This document shows, piece after piece, positions 1 to 14,700 of a DNA stretch of 64,000 nucleotides. The notes beneath the pieces are model-generated. The model saw only the letters and a program-made list of their open reading frames with translations. It did no database searches and was not told the DNA's origin. The stretch's first letter is position 1. Each line of letters starts with the position of its first letter. The stretch covers positions 23,328,628 to 23,392,627 of the forward strand of contig OZ037767.1 of NCBI GenBank assembly GCA_964035545.1, in the 5' to 3' direction. Source of the stretch: Bugula neritina (lineage: Eukaryota; Animalia; Bryozoa). A program made the position numbers and the translations under genes.

Positions 1-220
1 AGCATTTCAACCAGTTTACTTTCTAAAGTCTTTGAAATAATTTTCAATGGTGTATAAACATGTATTTAAATGTGAAAGTTTTATAGAAGTTGTATGCTCT
101 CAATTTTATTTCTGTCTCAGTTTATACTGCACAATGTTTTGTTTAGATTAGTTGGTGTACTATTGACCCTTGTGCATTGTACACATTTGTATATATTGTA
201 CCAGCATTTTGTTGTTTCAG

Positions 221-2580
221 CTGATAACTACAACGGAGTGTCAAAGACTGATTTTAGTGAAACGTTACTCACATTTAATATGGGGACAGGAAGTAATTCA
301 GCTGTGTTTTTGTACTTCACTTGTGATCCCAACACACTGGTAATATATTAATGCTTCAGTTTTACTCACTTCATATTTTGCTTGACTGGATTTTTTTTAT
401 AAGCCCAACCAATCTATTTCATTAAAAGTGTCCTCAAAAGATTAATAAATTTAAGGATAATTATTGGTCTTAGTGCTGTCTGGACAAAGTTTTCTGTGAT
501 ATTCCAAGTGAATAAATGCATACAAATTATACTAATAAATGGTTTTATGAACTTATTTCCTCAAAGTTTCATTGAGACTTGTAAAGCTAAAAATATGCCT
601 CTGGTAAAACTTTTGTTTGAACAATTTTCTGTTGAAAAATAATTTTTTTTTAGAAATATAGGAGCAGAACTATTTTCGACAGTCCTTGATAGACATATAT
701 TGTAGATTTCTAATTTTCTGGTTAGTTTTATGGTTTTTAGCCATGTCTGAAATTGTTGCAGGGCAAGCCAGTGTTATTAGATAATCAGGGTAGTAAGTAT
801 TACTTTGAGTGGAAGTCACACATTGCTTGCAAAGGGTCAGTTGCTACGCAGAATGTTGCCAAGCCTCAAATGCCTTGCTATATCTATAATGGTGATGACC
901 TGATAGACTTGACTGATATGACCAACACTACTAGTTACAAAGTGCAGAAGGATTCAGCCACTTACACTCTCAACATCTGTAGAAACGTAACAGATGTCAG
1001 TGGTAAGCCTCATATTAGTCTATAAATACATACCATAAATGCATTGTGCACAGCTCACACTTAGCTTGTAATCTATTTGTAATATATATTCTTCAGCAGG
1101 TTTGAGTTGCTTTCCAACATATTTAATGACCTTGCTTAGTGAAAGCATCTGCTCTAAAATTTCTGAAGCTAGTAATTTGAAATCCTCCATTAACTGGTGT
1201 TTGTAGTTTGGTGGAACCAGTGTACAATTACCTACTTGGTAAAATGAGAAGGCTAATTTTAATGTTATCCTAGATACAGTTGTATCTAATTTTACCATTT
1301 CCAGTTTCACTTGCTCTCATCGTTCAACTTTTATGATTAAAATTTTGCAATAAACCCACAAGGTTTACTGATATTGTAAGATAAACATCTCGACTTGCTG
1401 GGGTACTGATCTAACTGAGCTCTATGATTATTTTATATGTGTCTTATGCATGTCAGGTTGCGATGCTGCTGTTTGTGAAGGAGACAAAGCTGTTGCCATA
1501 GTTACTAAAGATACAGTGCTAGAAAGTGCTGCTAATGGTGATGTGTTTGTCAAGTATGCCAAACTTGACGGTAAAGATTGCGGAACCAAAATAACATTCA
1601 AATGTCCAGATTCTCCATATCATGTGTGTATATAGTATATACCAGCTGTGCAATGGTAGAAGGCAACTCCCAATATATCAGTCAAAATATATCTGGGAAA
1701 CAATGTTGTGCTGAATACTTACCCCTCATTCACACTCACCGTATCGTAGGCTGTAACAGCAAATATCAGCCATTTTTACAAATGTTTGTGCTTGATTAAA
1801 AAATGTTGCGGCGGGTTCCTATTGGACAGAAAAACAGTAACTCATTGGATATAATTGTCTAATGAAGTGTCATAGATTGTACCTAATAGCAGACTTTGAA
1901 AACTTCAGCCCGGACACATTAATAATGGCTGATATTTTACGTTTCGCCCTACGGTACGGTGAGTGTGAATAAGGGGGTTTCAGGATTTTGTTTGTTCAAT
2001 GCTAATCATTTACTGGAGAAATACAGCTGGAGTCATTTAATTATAGCAACCTATAGTAATTGTATTGAAATAAAATTAGGAGCTATAGTAGTTTAATACA
2101 CTACCCGTTTAATACACTACCTGTTTAATATACTACCTGTCACTGCTACATGCATTACTATAGGACCTGTTAACTATAGTGCCTGCTCAATCCGGCTCAT
2201 GTTTGTTATACTACATGTAGAAGCACAAGATTTTATTTTGCCTATGAAAAGCTTTGCTCCATGTTGAAGAGTGTATAATTATCTTACATATGTTTTGAAC
2301 CAGTTGGTCAGCAGGAGGTGTATTTATTCTTGTATTCTGTGTAGGCCACAGGACCTGTATTTGTGTCCCCTTCAGATGGTTGTGATCACGTTATAGACTG
2401 GTACACAATGGACGCCTGTCCATCTGAGGATCTTGTCAGTTCTAACTGTACTCTTCATAACTCTAAATACCTGATAGATATTGACTTAACACCCCTGAAC
2501 AATGGTGAGTAACTGCGCTACTTTCTCTACTAGTGCTACTGCTGCTGCTGCCATTACTACTAGTACTGCTACTACTGCTG

Positions 2581-2611
<31 letters not shown>

Positions 2612-2726
2612 TACCACCACCACTACTACTACTGCTGCTACTACTGCTGCTGCTGCTACTAGTACTACTACTACTACTGCTGCTGCTACTACTACTACTA
2701 CCGCCACTACTAATGCCACCACTACC

Positions 2727-2757
<31 letters not shown>

Positions 2758-5700
2758 GTGCTACTGCTGCTACTACTACTACTACTACCGCCACTACTAC
2801 CGCCACTACTACTGCCACTACTACTACAGCCACTACTACTACTGCTGCTGCTGCTGCTACTACTACATTAACGCAGTAATTGTTGGAGACTGTAGTGACT
2901 ACTGTGACAGATATAACTGTTCTAGATGGAAAGGTATACTTGGCTAGCGGATCAGAATTTGAGTACAGTATAGCCATGTGTGGTGCTTCTGTTCAGAACT
3001 GTCCATTGACCAACACCGATGGCACCCGAGGTCACACTGTAGCTTGTCAAAAGAAGTCATCGGAACCTGCATTTCATAAAAATTTGGGGATGTCAAAGTT
3101 TACTGAGCTCAGGTAAGTTGTGTTGGTTAGATATTCTGTTGTCTGCAGAGGTGTGACTACTCCAAGAGCTGACTACTCACACTGGCACATTAGGCTACGG
3201 AAAGTGGAATGTTGCATTGGGATGTGACTTTGAATTTGCGATGCTTTTAGCTGTTCAATTCATGAGTACAGTAAGAGGTCCAAAGTCTTGTGTGACAAAG
3301 AGACCAACGTCAAATATATATATATTTGTGTGTGTGTATGTGTGTGTATATATGTGCGTGTGTGTGTGTGCCTTTGTGGGTGTGTGTGTATGTATGTATG
3401 TGTGTATATATTGTGTATATATATGTGTGTGTATATATGTGCGTATATGTATATACATAGTGTACATACATAACCTTGTAGATTCGTGGATGATGCCCTA
3501 GTGATGACCTTGTCTAAAGGAGATGTGTGCTCATCTGGTTTCCAGCGGAAAACTATAATCCACTTTCACTGTAATGCGTCAGAAGGTATTATCTTCACGG
3601 TTCTGTATTGTATGATCATCAGCTATTATACGTTTACCTATCTAAACATAAATATCCCTAGTCGAGTAGACATAACTTTACGCTGACGTTGACTCACGGT
3701 ATATGCTGTTAACTCTGTTGGCCATGAAATGAAGAACACATAATATGTCTCTTTCCTAGTTATATAATTATATTATTCTCATCAGTACACCTCTTTACCC
3801 GACATCACAACAAAGCTCTTTTCCGATTATAATAAGGTCACCCTATAGTGGATTGACTTTTTGCTTTGCTTCTCACTGCTAATCGGAAAAAGAAATAAGT
3901 AAGACACGTGGAGCTGGTATGATAACTTGTAGTAGCTATGCTATTGTAAAGGTACAGTTTTATTAAAAAAATAAACCAATGGTAGGCGAGGGGAAAAGTG
4001 AAATACATAGTACACCCACGCACTACTGTATCATATATCATAGCGGTGTACAGAGCAAAGTAAAAGATACTTGTATTATTACAATGTACAAAACACTCTT
4101 GAATGTATTATTACAGTCCACAGAACAATGTAGATGTGTTATAAGTTATAACAGTGTAGAGAACAATGTAGAATATATTATGCTGTATAGGGAACAATGT
4201 AGAATATATTATACAGTGTAGAGAACAATGTAGAATCTGTTATACATTGTAGAGAACAATGTAGAATATAATATTTTACATTGCTATGGTAAATGATGAC
4301 TCACAAAATGCATGATTTTAAGAGACTTTACTAAAGCGTGTCATAATGTAGATTCTGGTCTGTCATATAAATTTATATCAAACAGTAAAATGTAATATAC
4401 TTTGTCCTGTACTATAATATAAATTATAATATAATATAACATATGCTGTATCATACAATTAATATATTCCATAGTCTATACCGTAAATTGAACTGTAATA
4501 TGTTGATTGATGGATTTTTGCTATAGTGGAATATATGATGTCTGTCGCATCAAGTGTAAGCGAAATACCAACATACTACAGTACACTCACTGTTGGTATT
4601 TATATTATATGCCAATTGTAGTTGTGAACTTGCCTTAAACCAATTGTTTATTTTCAGGAGTAGGCAACCCTGAATATGTTGGCGAAACGGATTGCACATA
4701 CATGTTTGTTTGGCGCACACGCTATGCTTGCAATAGAATTCAGAAATGCTCATTTACCAACACCACTGATCCTTCTAAGGTTTACGATTTCTCCAGGTGC
4801 CTATCATTAATTAAATATGAGCGCTCTGTCTCTAGATAAACCCTATTTGTTTTCAAAGTTGGTCATCCTGTAATTTTAGAATTATGTCATTTTACCTTAT
4901 CTAGTGCACATTCACAAACTTGTTCAGACCAAAAATTAAAGTTTGCCATCCTTTAATTTTAGAATTCTCCCTGAAGAAATGTTTATGTTGTGTGTCATGA
5001 ATCATGTTTGGTAACTGTTTCTAGTTCAGTGATTACTTATATGTTACATGGTCATTGCCCTGGTAAATCCTCCACACTAGCTAATGAGAACTATACCATA
5101 CAGCTCCATAATATTGTTCACACGTCTTACTGTAGTTATTGCAATACTGTTTATAGCTTAACAGTTGCCCAAGATGCCACGAGCTGGACTGTAAAACTCG
5201 GAGAGAATAAAATGGCCTACATCAACATCTGTGCTGCAGTGGGTCGTCTCGCTGACTGTGACCCATCTGCTGCCGTCTGTGTCAAGGAAACCGGACAGAG
5301 TGCCAACTCAGTTAGTCTAGTTGTCTTCTCTTGTTTTTAGTGTTGATAATGTCTTTTAATTGACTGTCAGAGAAATGGCCTTGATGAGGGCTTACAGTAT
5401 TTATAAAAATTGGTATTTGCCATTCTGCACATTTGCTCAAAATGCTGTATGTGTCGTGGACTAAAACCACTACAGTTACATAATTACAGTTCTTTTTACT
5501 GCTAAAGTTGTATCATCTGCTAAAATATTATTCGGCTGCTAACTCAAGGACATCAGGTTTTACTGAGGCATCTTGAAGGTGTGTATATATATAACCATGT
5601 CTATTTGTTGAAGAGTGCTGTTGAAAACCATGGCCAGGCAAGCACCATGAAGTTCAGTAGTGAAGGTAATACCATAAGCATCACCTATGACCATGGCTCT

Positions 5701-8700
5701 CTCTGTAATACTCCGACTCAGACTAAGGAAAACCACCACTCTGTTATATACTTTGCATGTGCGTCAGCTGACCAGGTAAGTAGTTCATTACACAAAGCTA
5801 GCAGCATTTTTGCAGCACACAGCGTATTTGTTATGATGAGACAACTTCACTATTTGTCATTCTTTGTTGGTAATCCTTAGTCTGTGGGACCTCAGCTGAG
5901 AACAGAGTCTTCAAGTAACGTGTGCAGGCACACATACACATGGTTCACGCCAGCTGCTTGTGCTCAGTCTACTGAAGGTCATGGCAACTGCACCATAACT
6001 GATGCTGGCTATACGTATGATTTCAACTCTCTAGCTGCAGATTTAACGGCTAAGACATCTGATAACACACAGTATAAGGTGAGTTAGTGGGCACATCTGA
6101 TGACACGCAGTATAAGGTGAGTTAGTGAGCACATTTGATGACACACAGTATAAGGTGAGTTAGTGAGCATATTTGATGACACACAGTATAAGGTGAGTTA
6201 GTGAGCGTATCTGATAATACACAGTATAAGGTGAGTTAGTGAGCACATCTGATGACACACAGTATAAGGTGAGTTAGTGAGCATATTTGATGACACACAG
6301 TATAAGGTGAGTTAGTGGGCACATCTGATGACACGCAGTATAAGGTGAGTTAGTGAGCACATTTGATGACACACAGTATAAGGTGAGTTAGTGAGCATAT
6401 TTGATGACACACAGTATAAGGTGAGTTAGTGAGCACATCTGATAATACACAGTATAAGGTGAGTTAGTGAGCACATCTGATGACACACAGTATAAGGTGA
6501 GTTAGTGAGCACATTTGATGACACGCAGTATAAGGTGAGTTAGTGAGCGTATTTTGTGCTTACAATTTTTCTGGCACCTTACCTAATTTATTTACAATAT
6601 TAGGTATCAGCTTGAGGTTAATTTCATCTACTTGCCGTAAAGGTGTGTGTATCATGAGAATAAATTTCATTATTTTTTATATAAAATTGAAGGATAACTT
6701 TTTCTGGTTTACCTATTTTTCTGTATTACAAAATTTAGTTGTGCAGTGTACATGGTACTATATTGATTAGAATCTGTTTTCACACAAGAAAGTACTTGTG
6801 GTGGAAAACCTCACTTATTAAACTATTTGAAAAGAGCTCATTGTGAAGCTAGAAGGTGGCTTCACTAATAGAAATATATTTTACTAAATTTCAACAGTTC
6901 AATCCCTGCTCAACTCTCCAAATTGGTTGTGTGACTGGCTCCAGGTTTTGCGAGGGCAACACACTGATTAGTAAGGAAATGCCTGAACTGGCAGTAGAGA
7001 ATGATCACGTAGTGACAGCTAAATTTAATCCAGGTTTGTATCTATTATTAGATATTTACTGTGCCAGTAGTAGTGGTACTGGTAGTAATTGTAGTAGCAG
7101 TATAGTCATAGTGGTATTATTAGTATTAGTAGTAGTAGCAATAGTAGTAGTGGTAGCAGTAGCAGTAGTAGTAGTAGCAGCAGTAGGAGAAGTAGTAGCA
7201 GCAGCAGCGGTAGCAGCAGTAGGGGTAGTAGAAGTAGAAGTAGCAGTAATGCTGATAGTGCTAAATAGCTATAGCATTTTACATATACGTATTTTACATG
7301 AAGTATGTTTTGAAACTATTAGGTATGTTGAAATCTTTAAATTTATACCATAGAGGCCGGTAAATCGTCAGCTACAGTTCGGTATATCTGTGACCATACT
7401 GCGGAAGAGCCTAAAGTGATTACCAGTGACAACTCCATTACTATAGAAGTGAACACAACCTTGGCCTGTGCTCCTAAGACTGTAGACTGTAGACCAATAG
7501 ACTCACTTGGCAATGCCTATGATTTCAGGTTTGTGTAATATGCCCCTACTACTTGGCAATAATTGGTTACAAGGCTGTAATGTGCTCGAAAACATAAATA
7601 AGATATAAACTAAATATGTGACCAGTCGCGACAAAACCGGGGATGTGGCGGCGTTTATAAAGTGTAGTAAATGAAGGTTTAATTTGGATATACTTAAATT
7701 TGAAATTAATTTTCAGTTTTCAGGTTTTGAACTTTTCTAATACAAAAAAATCCAAGGATTTCAAAAATCATATTTTCGTAAGCATTTGATGATTCCTTCA
7801 GCTCTAAATTTGCATTTAAAGTTGGTAACTAAGGCATTCAATTTTTTAAATGATGAAAAAATTGCGAAGTTATCAAATGAAGAAAGAAGACAATTTTAGT
7901 CATTTTTATAGCGTGAGATCTTGCAAATTTATTTTTTATCAAATGAATTTAGCTTACACCTCTTTCTTCGCATTGTCAGAAGCATCGTATTTAAAATCGC
8001 AGGCTAGTTTTAGTTTTTCATCGCGCTCCATCCAAAGTTAGCTTTTAAGTTACTGAGCTGTTTTGCCCTTTGGTGATAAATGCTAAACTTAATCTTTATC
8101 TTTAGTGTTCAAGCTTGAAAATCACAACAATACAGGTAATTATACTCAAAACCATCCTTTACGCTATTAACTTAGAATTGTTGCCAGGATTATTTGTAGT
8201 TATCAATTTATTAATATTCATACTATCACTAGGAGTATGTCTATTCTTATTCTATACTAGTAACTATTTAAATGACTCACAGTCACTATGACTCACAGTT
8301 TGAGGTACGGTTACTCATAATGATAATCATAATGAATATTATTCATGATTTACTGATACTGGTATTTGGCAGTAAAACTAAATGTAGCTCATTAATATTA
8401 ATAGTATAACTATAAGTAATAATTAATAATTATAAATTCACTATTTGAGTCTGACTCTGAGTTTCGCCTTCGGTCTTAAAACTTGATACTTATAGTTATA
8501 CTGATAGTATTATATTTATTGATTTATTCTATAGTTGATATTTAAATTTACATTGGACTTATTCTTAGTAACTTTTAGCCTCTGTCTTAGATTTTGTGAA
8601 TACAGTTACTGATTACTATTAGTATTAACGTTAGGCCTACTACTGAGTACTAGTCAAACTACCGTTTCCTTTTGTGATTTTCAAATTAGCTCAAAGTTTG

Positions 8701-11700
8701 ATTTAAAATATAATGATAAAATCTTTATCACATTATGCAGGCTTACAGTTACTGTCAAAACTCAATTGGTAATCCTATTTATATTGATAAAAGCATCACC
8801 TATAACCAAATTGAAATGGTAAATGTGATTAAATGTAAATGAGTATAATGATGAAATATTAATGTGAGTTCATATTGATTCTATAGTTGACTGACTTAGT
8901 TCTTCAGTAAGTTACTTTTAGTCTTATTTAGTGAGTAGTAACACTAACTGAATGCATAACTAGTCTAAACTTTTTAATTTTATTATAAAGGATGAGCAAA
9001 AGTTTATTTATATTTAAGTAATTTATTGAATTCAAATTGATTTTATAGTAAATGTCTTTAATATATTCAGTTGCATTTAGCTAGCTTTTTTACTCAATTA
9101 AATGCCTGAGTGGTTAATAGTTATCGAAAGACATTGCTTCAAAATTGCCAATTGCTGATATGCAAGATATTCAAGTGCATAATGTGTAATTTTACTGATA
9201 ATACTATGTTAATATAGAATAATACGATATTCTGTACATTTTAGAAAGTGGGCTTATGAGAGCATTGGAGTGAAGACTTATACCTACACAACTCTACTAC
9301 CTATCAATCTAACACTCCTAATGTAGACACTCTGAATTTTGGCTTGCAAGGTTATGGCTTCTGCTTATTTCATTCATAAAAAGGTTTGCAGTCTTTTAAT
9401 GATGTGCTTAAAAATTTTCAACAAATTTTTTAATTTAAATTGTTCTGTTTAATTCAATACATTTAAATGTTGATAAAATGCAGGATGACAATTAACTGCT
9501 GCCATAATAGTACCACAAGACTGTTTAACCAACTAATTTTTTATATTATAACTGCGTATAATTTCTAATCAAGCTACCGTTTTCTTTTGTTATTAAAAAA
9601 AGTCAACATTGTACTTGCAGCTCTGGAATAGACAATAGATGGGTAGATTGGCAGAATAGGTGTCAAGTAGCAGCATCTATAATTGCTAGAAAATCAGCTG
9701 ATGATAGTGATGAAGCTTTTGCCACATACATGATGTTATGTGTCCATACTCTGTAAACTCATATTACGAAGACCAAGGAAGTAGAAAGATGAAAAGTGCC
9801 TTTTTTGCAAAAACCGTAGAAGCTACCTAATTTTCTTTTCTTGATTAGAGTTAATTCAAGCATAATGGTTGTATCCAGGCTGGATTTGTTACTGCATTTA
9901 ATTAGTTTTTTAAAATAATGTATTTGATGTTTTAAATGTGAATATTGATGCCTAATAAAACTCAAAAGTTCTAATCGCTGATTTTATGTTTATATTTTCA
10001 ACATCAATTGCTAAATTTAGTTGCCGTTAAAGATTATAAAGATATTTATGAATGAATCTTGAATGATCTCATAATAGTCAAATGATTTTCTCATAAGTGT
10101 TCTACTCATTAAGCAATAACTATGAAACAGCACAGCTCAATAGCTGCAGTTTGATATATTACACAATATATTAGAGAAGAGGAAGATATTCAATGTATAA
10201 CAGGAAGCAGCTGCCATTTTGTTTTATATGACTTCCTGCTGACTTGGATGCCTAATTTAAATATCTCAACACACAAATTTGCTGAAACATCCTCCTCTTT
10301 GCTGGAATTGTTGAACCTTTCAATCATTAAACAAAGTAAAAAGCAAATTGACAAATAAATTAGACAAAAGGTTTGGTGGCCATATTTGACCTAATTTTAT
10401 GTTGAGGCAGCATGAAATTTAATTTAACAGAAAGCCCAAACTTTCACAATTATTTTGATACCAAATTTGTCACTATTCCTATTATACAAAGACCCGTTGC
10501 TAAGGCTAGTAAATTGTAAACAAATAATTCTCAACTTATTCTAGAGTTGCCAACTTTAAACGCGATTTTCTCGAAACAGTAATTTAGAAATTCTAAAAAC
10601 GTTAAAGTTTTTAAATACTGATATCTCGAGTTCTATTTATGCTAGAGACTTCAAATAAAGTGCAAAATGTTTGGAAAAGTCTGCTTTATCACTCCATAGT
10701 AATAACTAGGTTTTCAACATTTTATATACATCCCTTGTTTTGTGGTGCCAGGTCACATATAATATCATTTTTGCTAATTGCTATATTTCAATAGTTTTTA
10801 ATTGTAATAAATTTGTATAATAATTACCGTCATAATAATAAAGACTGATGGTGGAAGCTGTTGTGGTGAGCAATATATTTTGTACATACTTACCTTATCC
10901 ATTGCATAGCTGTGTGCTAGAAGCTGTAGTTTGGTTGTACTCGCTATCCAACCAAATCTCCAATGTTGGAATGGTTAAATACTCGTACATGTTTTTATTA
11001 TGTACAGAAGAACACATCATATTATGTGAGTCTAACCCTGTGTGCTATGTACAGTGCAATACATTATATTATATGTAGTCTTATTTATTGCTATAGTGGT
11101 TTGAAGGGAACTAACTGGAAAGCAAGTAGTGATGATGGCATGTCATATTATTTCTCTATTTGCTCCACTCTGGATAAAGATTTACCGGACGTGAAAGGTT
11201 GTCCAGGTAATTATCTTTTAAAAATTTTATACCAGAATCATATTTTTGCATTTTACATGAAGCACATGACAGCATGTCACAGCATTAAAGCTCATTGTCT
11301 ACCAGACCAATTTTTGAAAGCAAAACCTGGGTTACTGGATGCCCCTCACCATTTGGCGGAGAGGGCTGGTTCGGAGCTGTGATAATTTTTTTTTATTCAA
11401 CTAAAAGAAACTATTTTTCTTTAGACTTTTCTGTATATTTGCACAGAACTTTTGTATAAAACAGTTAGAATCTATGTCTTTTTTGTCAACATTAAGTTTG
11501 GTATTTTATATTTTGTCTTGAAGTTACTGTTTTGTACTAAATCGGTCTCTCGAAACCCAACTAGTGAATCTTTCTAAAAAAGATGACATACTGGATTTTT
11601 TGAATTTGTCATTTAAAATGAGAAATTATTTTGATTTTCTTCTCATCTTCCAATTTCTTCTTTTTAGAATAAAAGTACAAATTTCATTTATATGAGGTTC

Positions 11701-14700
11701 CAGTAGCAAATATTAGCTAAACTCATGAATGTATTTGACTTACTGCATATAAACATAATACAACACTGGCATTAAAAATTTAAGCTTGGTTTTACAGTAT
11801 CACGCAGTAAAACATCATTATATTTTAATTTATGTTATGCAGGGGGAGCAATTTCTGCATGTCAGCGTACCTCAGATGGCACATTGGTAAACTTGGGCTA
11901 TGCTGCATCAAATCCGGTTATTCAAAGTACTGGAACTGTTCATTTTCACTACATCAATGGTAAAATCTTTAAAATTATGCGATTGAGCTAAAACATTATA
12001 TATAAACAAAATAACAAGCATAGTATTTAAAATATTTATTGAAGCAACAAGGAGTTTTCTGCTCATTTCAGCGTGTCCTGTAATTTTCAGTGGAGTAAAT
12101 AAAAAACACGAATTTAAGTAATTATAGTAGCTTTAAAGTTACCTCATTATACACATCAATACTCTGTAGGTAACTGGAGGATTTAAGTTGAAAATTTACC
12201 ATTTGTTTCAATAAACATTTGAAATATTATGCTCTTAAGATTTTATTTGTAATAAAATAAATACATCTCAAACAGGTCGATCCTGCAAATACAGGTGTAG
12301 TGCGCTGTAAATACAATCTTACATACCTATACAGATATTTGCTAACATGTGCTATAGATACATACTAACCTGATCTATAAATATATACTAGCTTACTACT
12401 AATGCATGCTATGGATCTATGTTATATACTACTGATATATGCTATAGGTACACACTAACATACTACTGATGTATGCTATTGATATTCAGTTATAGGCTCT
12501 CCACACAGTTGGCCCTATTCTAAGATTGTTTGTAGGCACCATTTTCTCATTTGATAATTTTGTTGGTTGCTAAAAGAAAGCAGAATTTGTTGTTAGCTCG
12601 GCATGTGTGTATTTGTATGGAAGTTACTTTATCTTGATATGATTTCTCCTGATTTTTCTAAACTGCAACCACACTTGGCTTTTGATTTGTTGTATCAATC
12701 TTGTTCTATAATTTAATTGTAGGTCAGAAGTGTGCGCATGGAAATCAGACTCCCCGGCAAACAATGATAACACTGAGCTGTGCACAAGTAGAGTCTCCGC
12801 CACAAATGATATCTGAAGATGGTAACTGTAACTACAACATTTTGTGGCACACTCCCAAGGCTTGTCCAGTCCAGAGCTCGGTATGTACATGTACTCGGGC
12901 ATTTAGAGTGTGCACAACTCCTAACAACAAACATGCGGTTAAATCGGGCCATTCATAGGAACTCTTGTGAGGCGTAAGCAAATTCTGATGGAATCATTTG
13001 CATGGGTATTTTTATTACCACTGAACAATAGAGGAAGATTGTTTAGAGAGTCATGTTATCTTGGTAATTTGAGTGGACTAGACTGATATTAAGAGATGTG
13101 ACCTTTTTCAATCCAGCTTAGGAAAAAGTCTTTTGCAAGCTTTAAAGAAACCCTTTCCACCATTGTTTCTCATTACGATAGTGGCCATAAAGTATGAACT
13201 TTCGTGAGTTTTATAACTGACACCGATACAACATGGCTGCTCTCTCTAGTCATGTGACCAGAATAAGTGTTGATTGTTGTAGAGTGCGACAGGTGAAGAC
13301 TGCAGTATTGTGAAAAATGAAATCAAATATGATTTGACACCTCTGAAGTCCAAACCTTTACAAGTAAGTAGTTTTTCTAAATAAAGGAACTATGAAAAGC
13401 CTACATACATATAGCTAAACATTAAATATCTATATATAGCTAAAAAAAGCATAAAAATATTCATTTCAATCTACCTTAGAAGTGATTTACCTCAACTTAT
13501 GAATACATTATCATAGATAATTTTTAGGAAACAATTTTACAAAGCAAAACAGGATTAAGAAATTATTGATTTTTAATATATGAGTTAATTGATGTTGTTT
13601 TAAAAAGCTTTTTTCTAGTCTTAGTTTTGTGTTATAGAAACTTGGTGCAAAAATTTAAAAACAATTGTAGCAGTCTATAAATTTACATCTCAGGAATAAC
13701 TGGCAATACAACACACGATTTTATCACTTGACTTGATAGTGAGCACATCCAGTATTGCAATTCAAATTCACAAAAAGTGGTTATAAACACTTTAAAATAG
13801 TATACATATTTTAGACCGTCTTCAAAGAGACCACTTATAACGTGGGGATTTGCTCCGTGGCAAAGGTACAAGGAAATCCCCCCAACTGTGCTAACTCTGC
13901 TGTCTGTGCTACTAGTGGTTCAACTTCCAACAGTTTTGGTATGTATCATAAATGGTATATACACATATATGTTGTGTCATATATACATATCATATCTTAT
14001 ATATGCACACATATTGTGTCATATATTATACACATAGCATATATGCACACATATTTATTGTGTCATATATTATATACATATCATATATACACATATATGT
14101 CAGGTATTATATACGTAGCATGTATAATATACGCACATATATTTTGTGTCATATATTATATACGTAGCATATTTAGTATATACATATCCGTCAAGATTTG
14201 CTAGTCCCACACTATAAGCAAGGATTACTTATATTCATCAGCTCTTGGAGTGTATTTAAGCTGATATCATGACCGAGTATGCATTGTGTTGATATGGTTT
14301 GCTCATCCCAATCTAAGTGGCAGCATTGATAAAAGTATCTCATACTTCACTGGCTTATGATTCTTTGCTGTCACTTGATAATGGTTATAAGAAGAAATTG
14401 TTTGCTTGGTTTAAATATAGACTACATTGAAAACAAATTAGCAGCAGGTTAGTTGTTAATGTAACAACTGTCACTTGGCATCATAAATGAGTAACAAGCG
14501 TGTAATTTAACAACTCTCAAATTTTCTCTGTTGAAGACAATGCTGAACTTATTATAACTTTCATTTATCAACATGATTTCACTGGAATATCAGCCAAGTG
14601 CACTGAATGACATGATAAATTTTTCCTAGTTAGCTAAATCCTTGCATCACTCAATAAACAAGTAACTCACTATTCTTCTAGAATTTTTCTCAAAACATGT

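Noticed and set aside
2486-2977. Poly-Thr/Ala mucin-like, poly-Leu and poly-Val ORFs
   Set aside because: Translations of an intronic trinucleotide repeat; the host frame stops immediately after the donor (G|GT GAG TAA).
6055-6548. 38-bp array as a CRISPR array
   Set aside because: No unique spacers, eukaryotic intron context and no cas genes; it is a head-to-tail minisatellite.
10190-10370. Possible transposase remnant inside the 3.1-kb TIR element
   Set aside because: Only short stop-interrupted peptides; cannot be assigned without a profile search.
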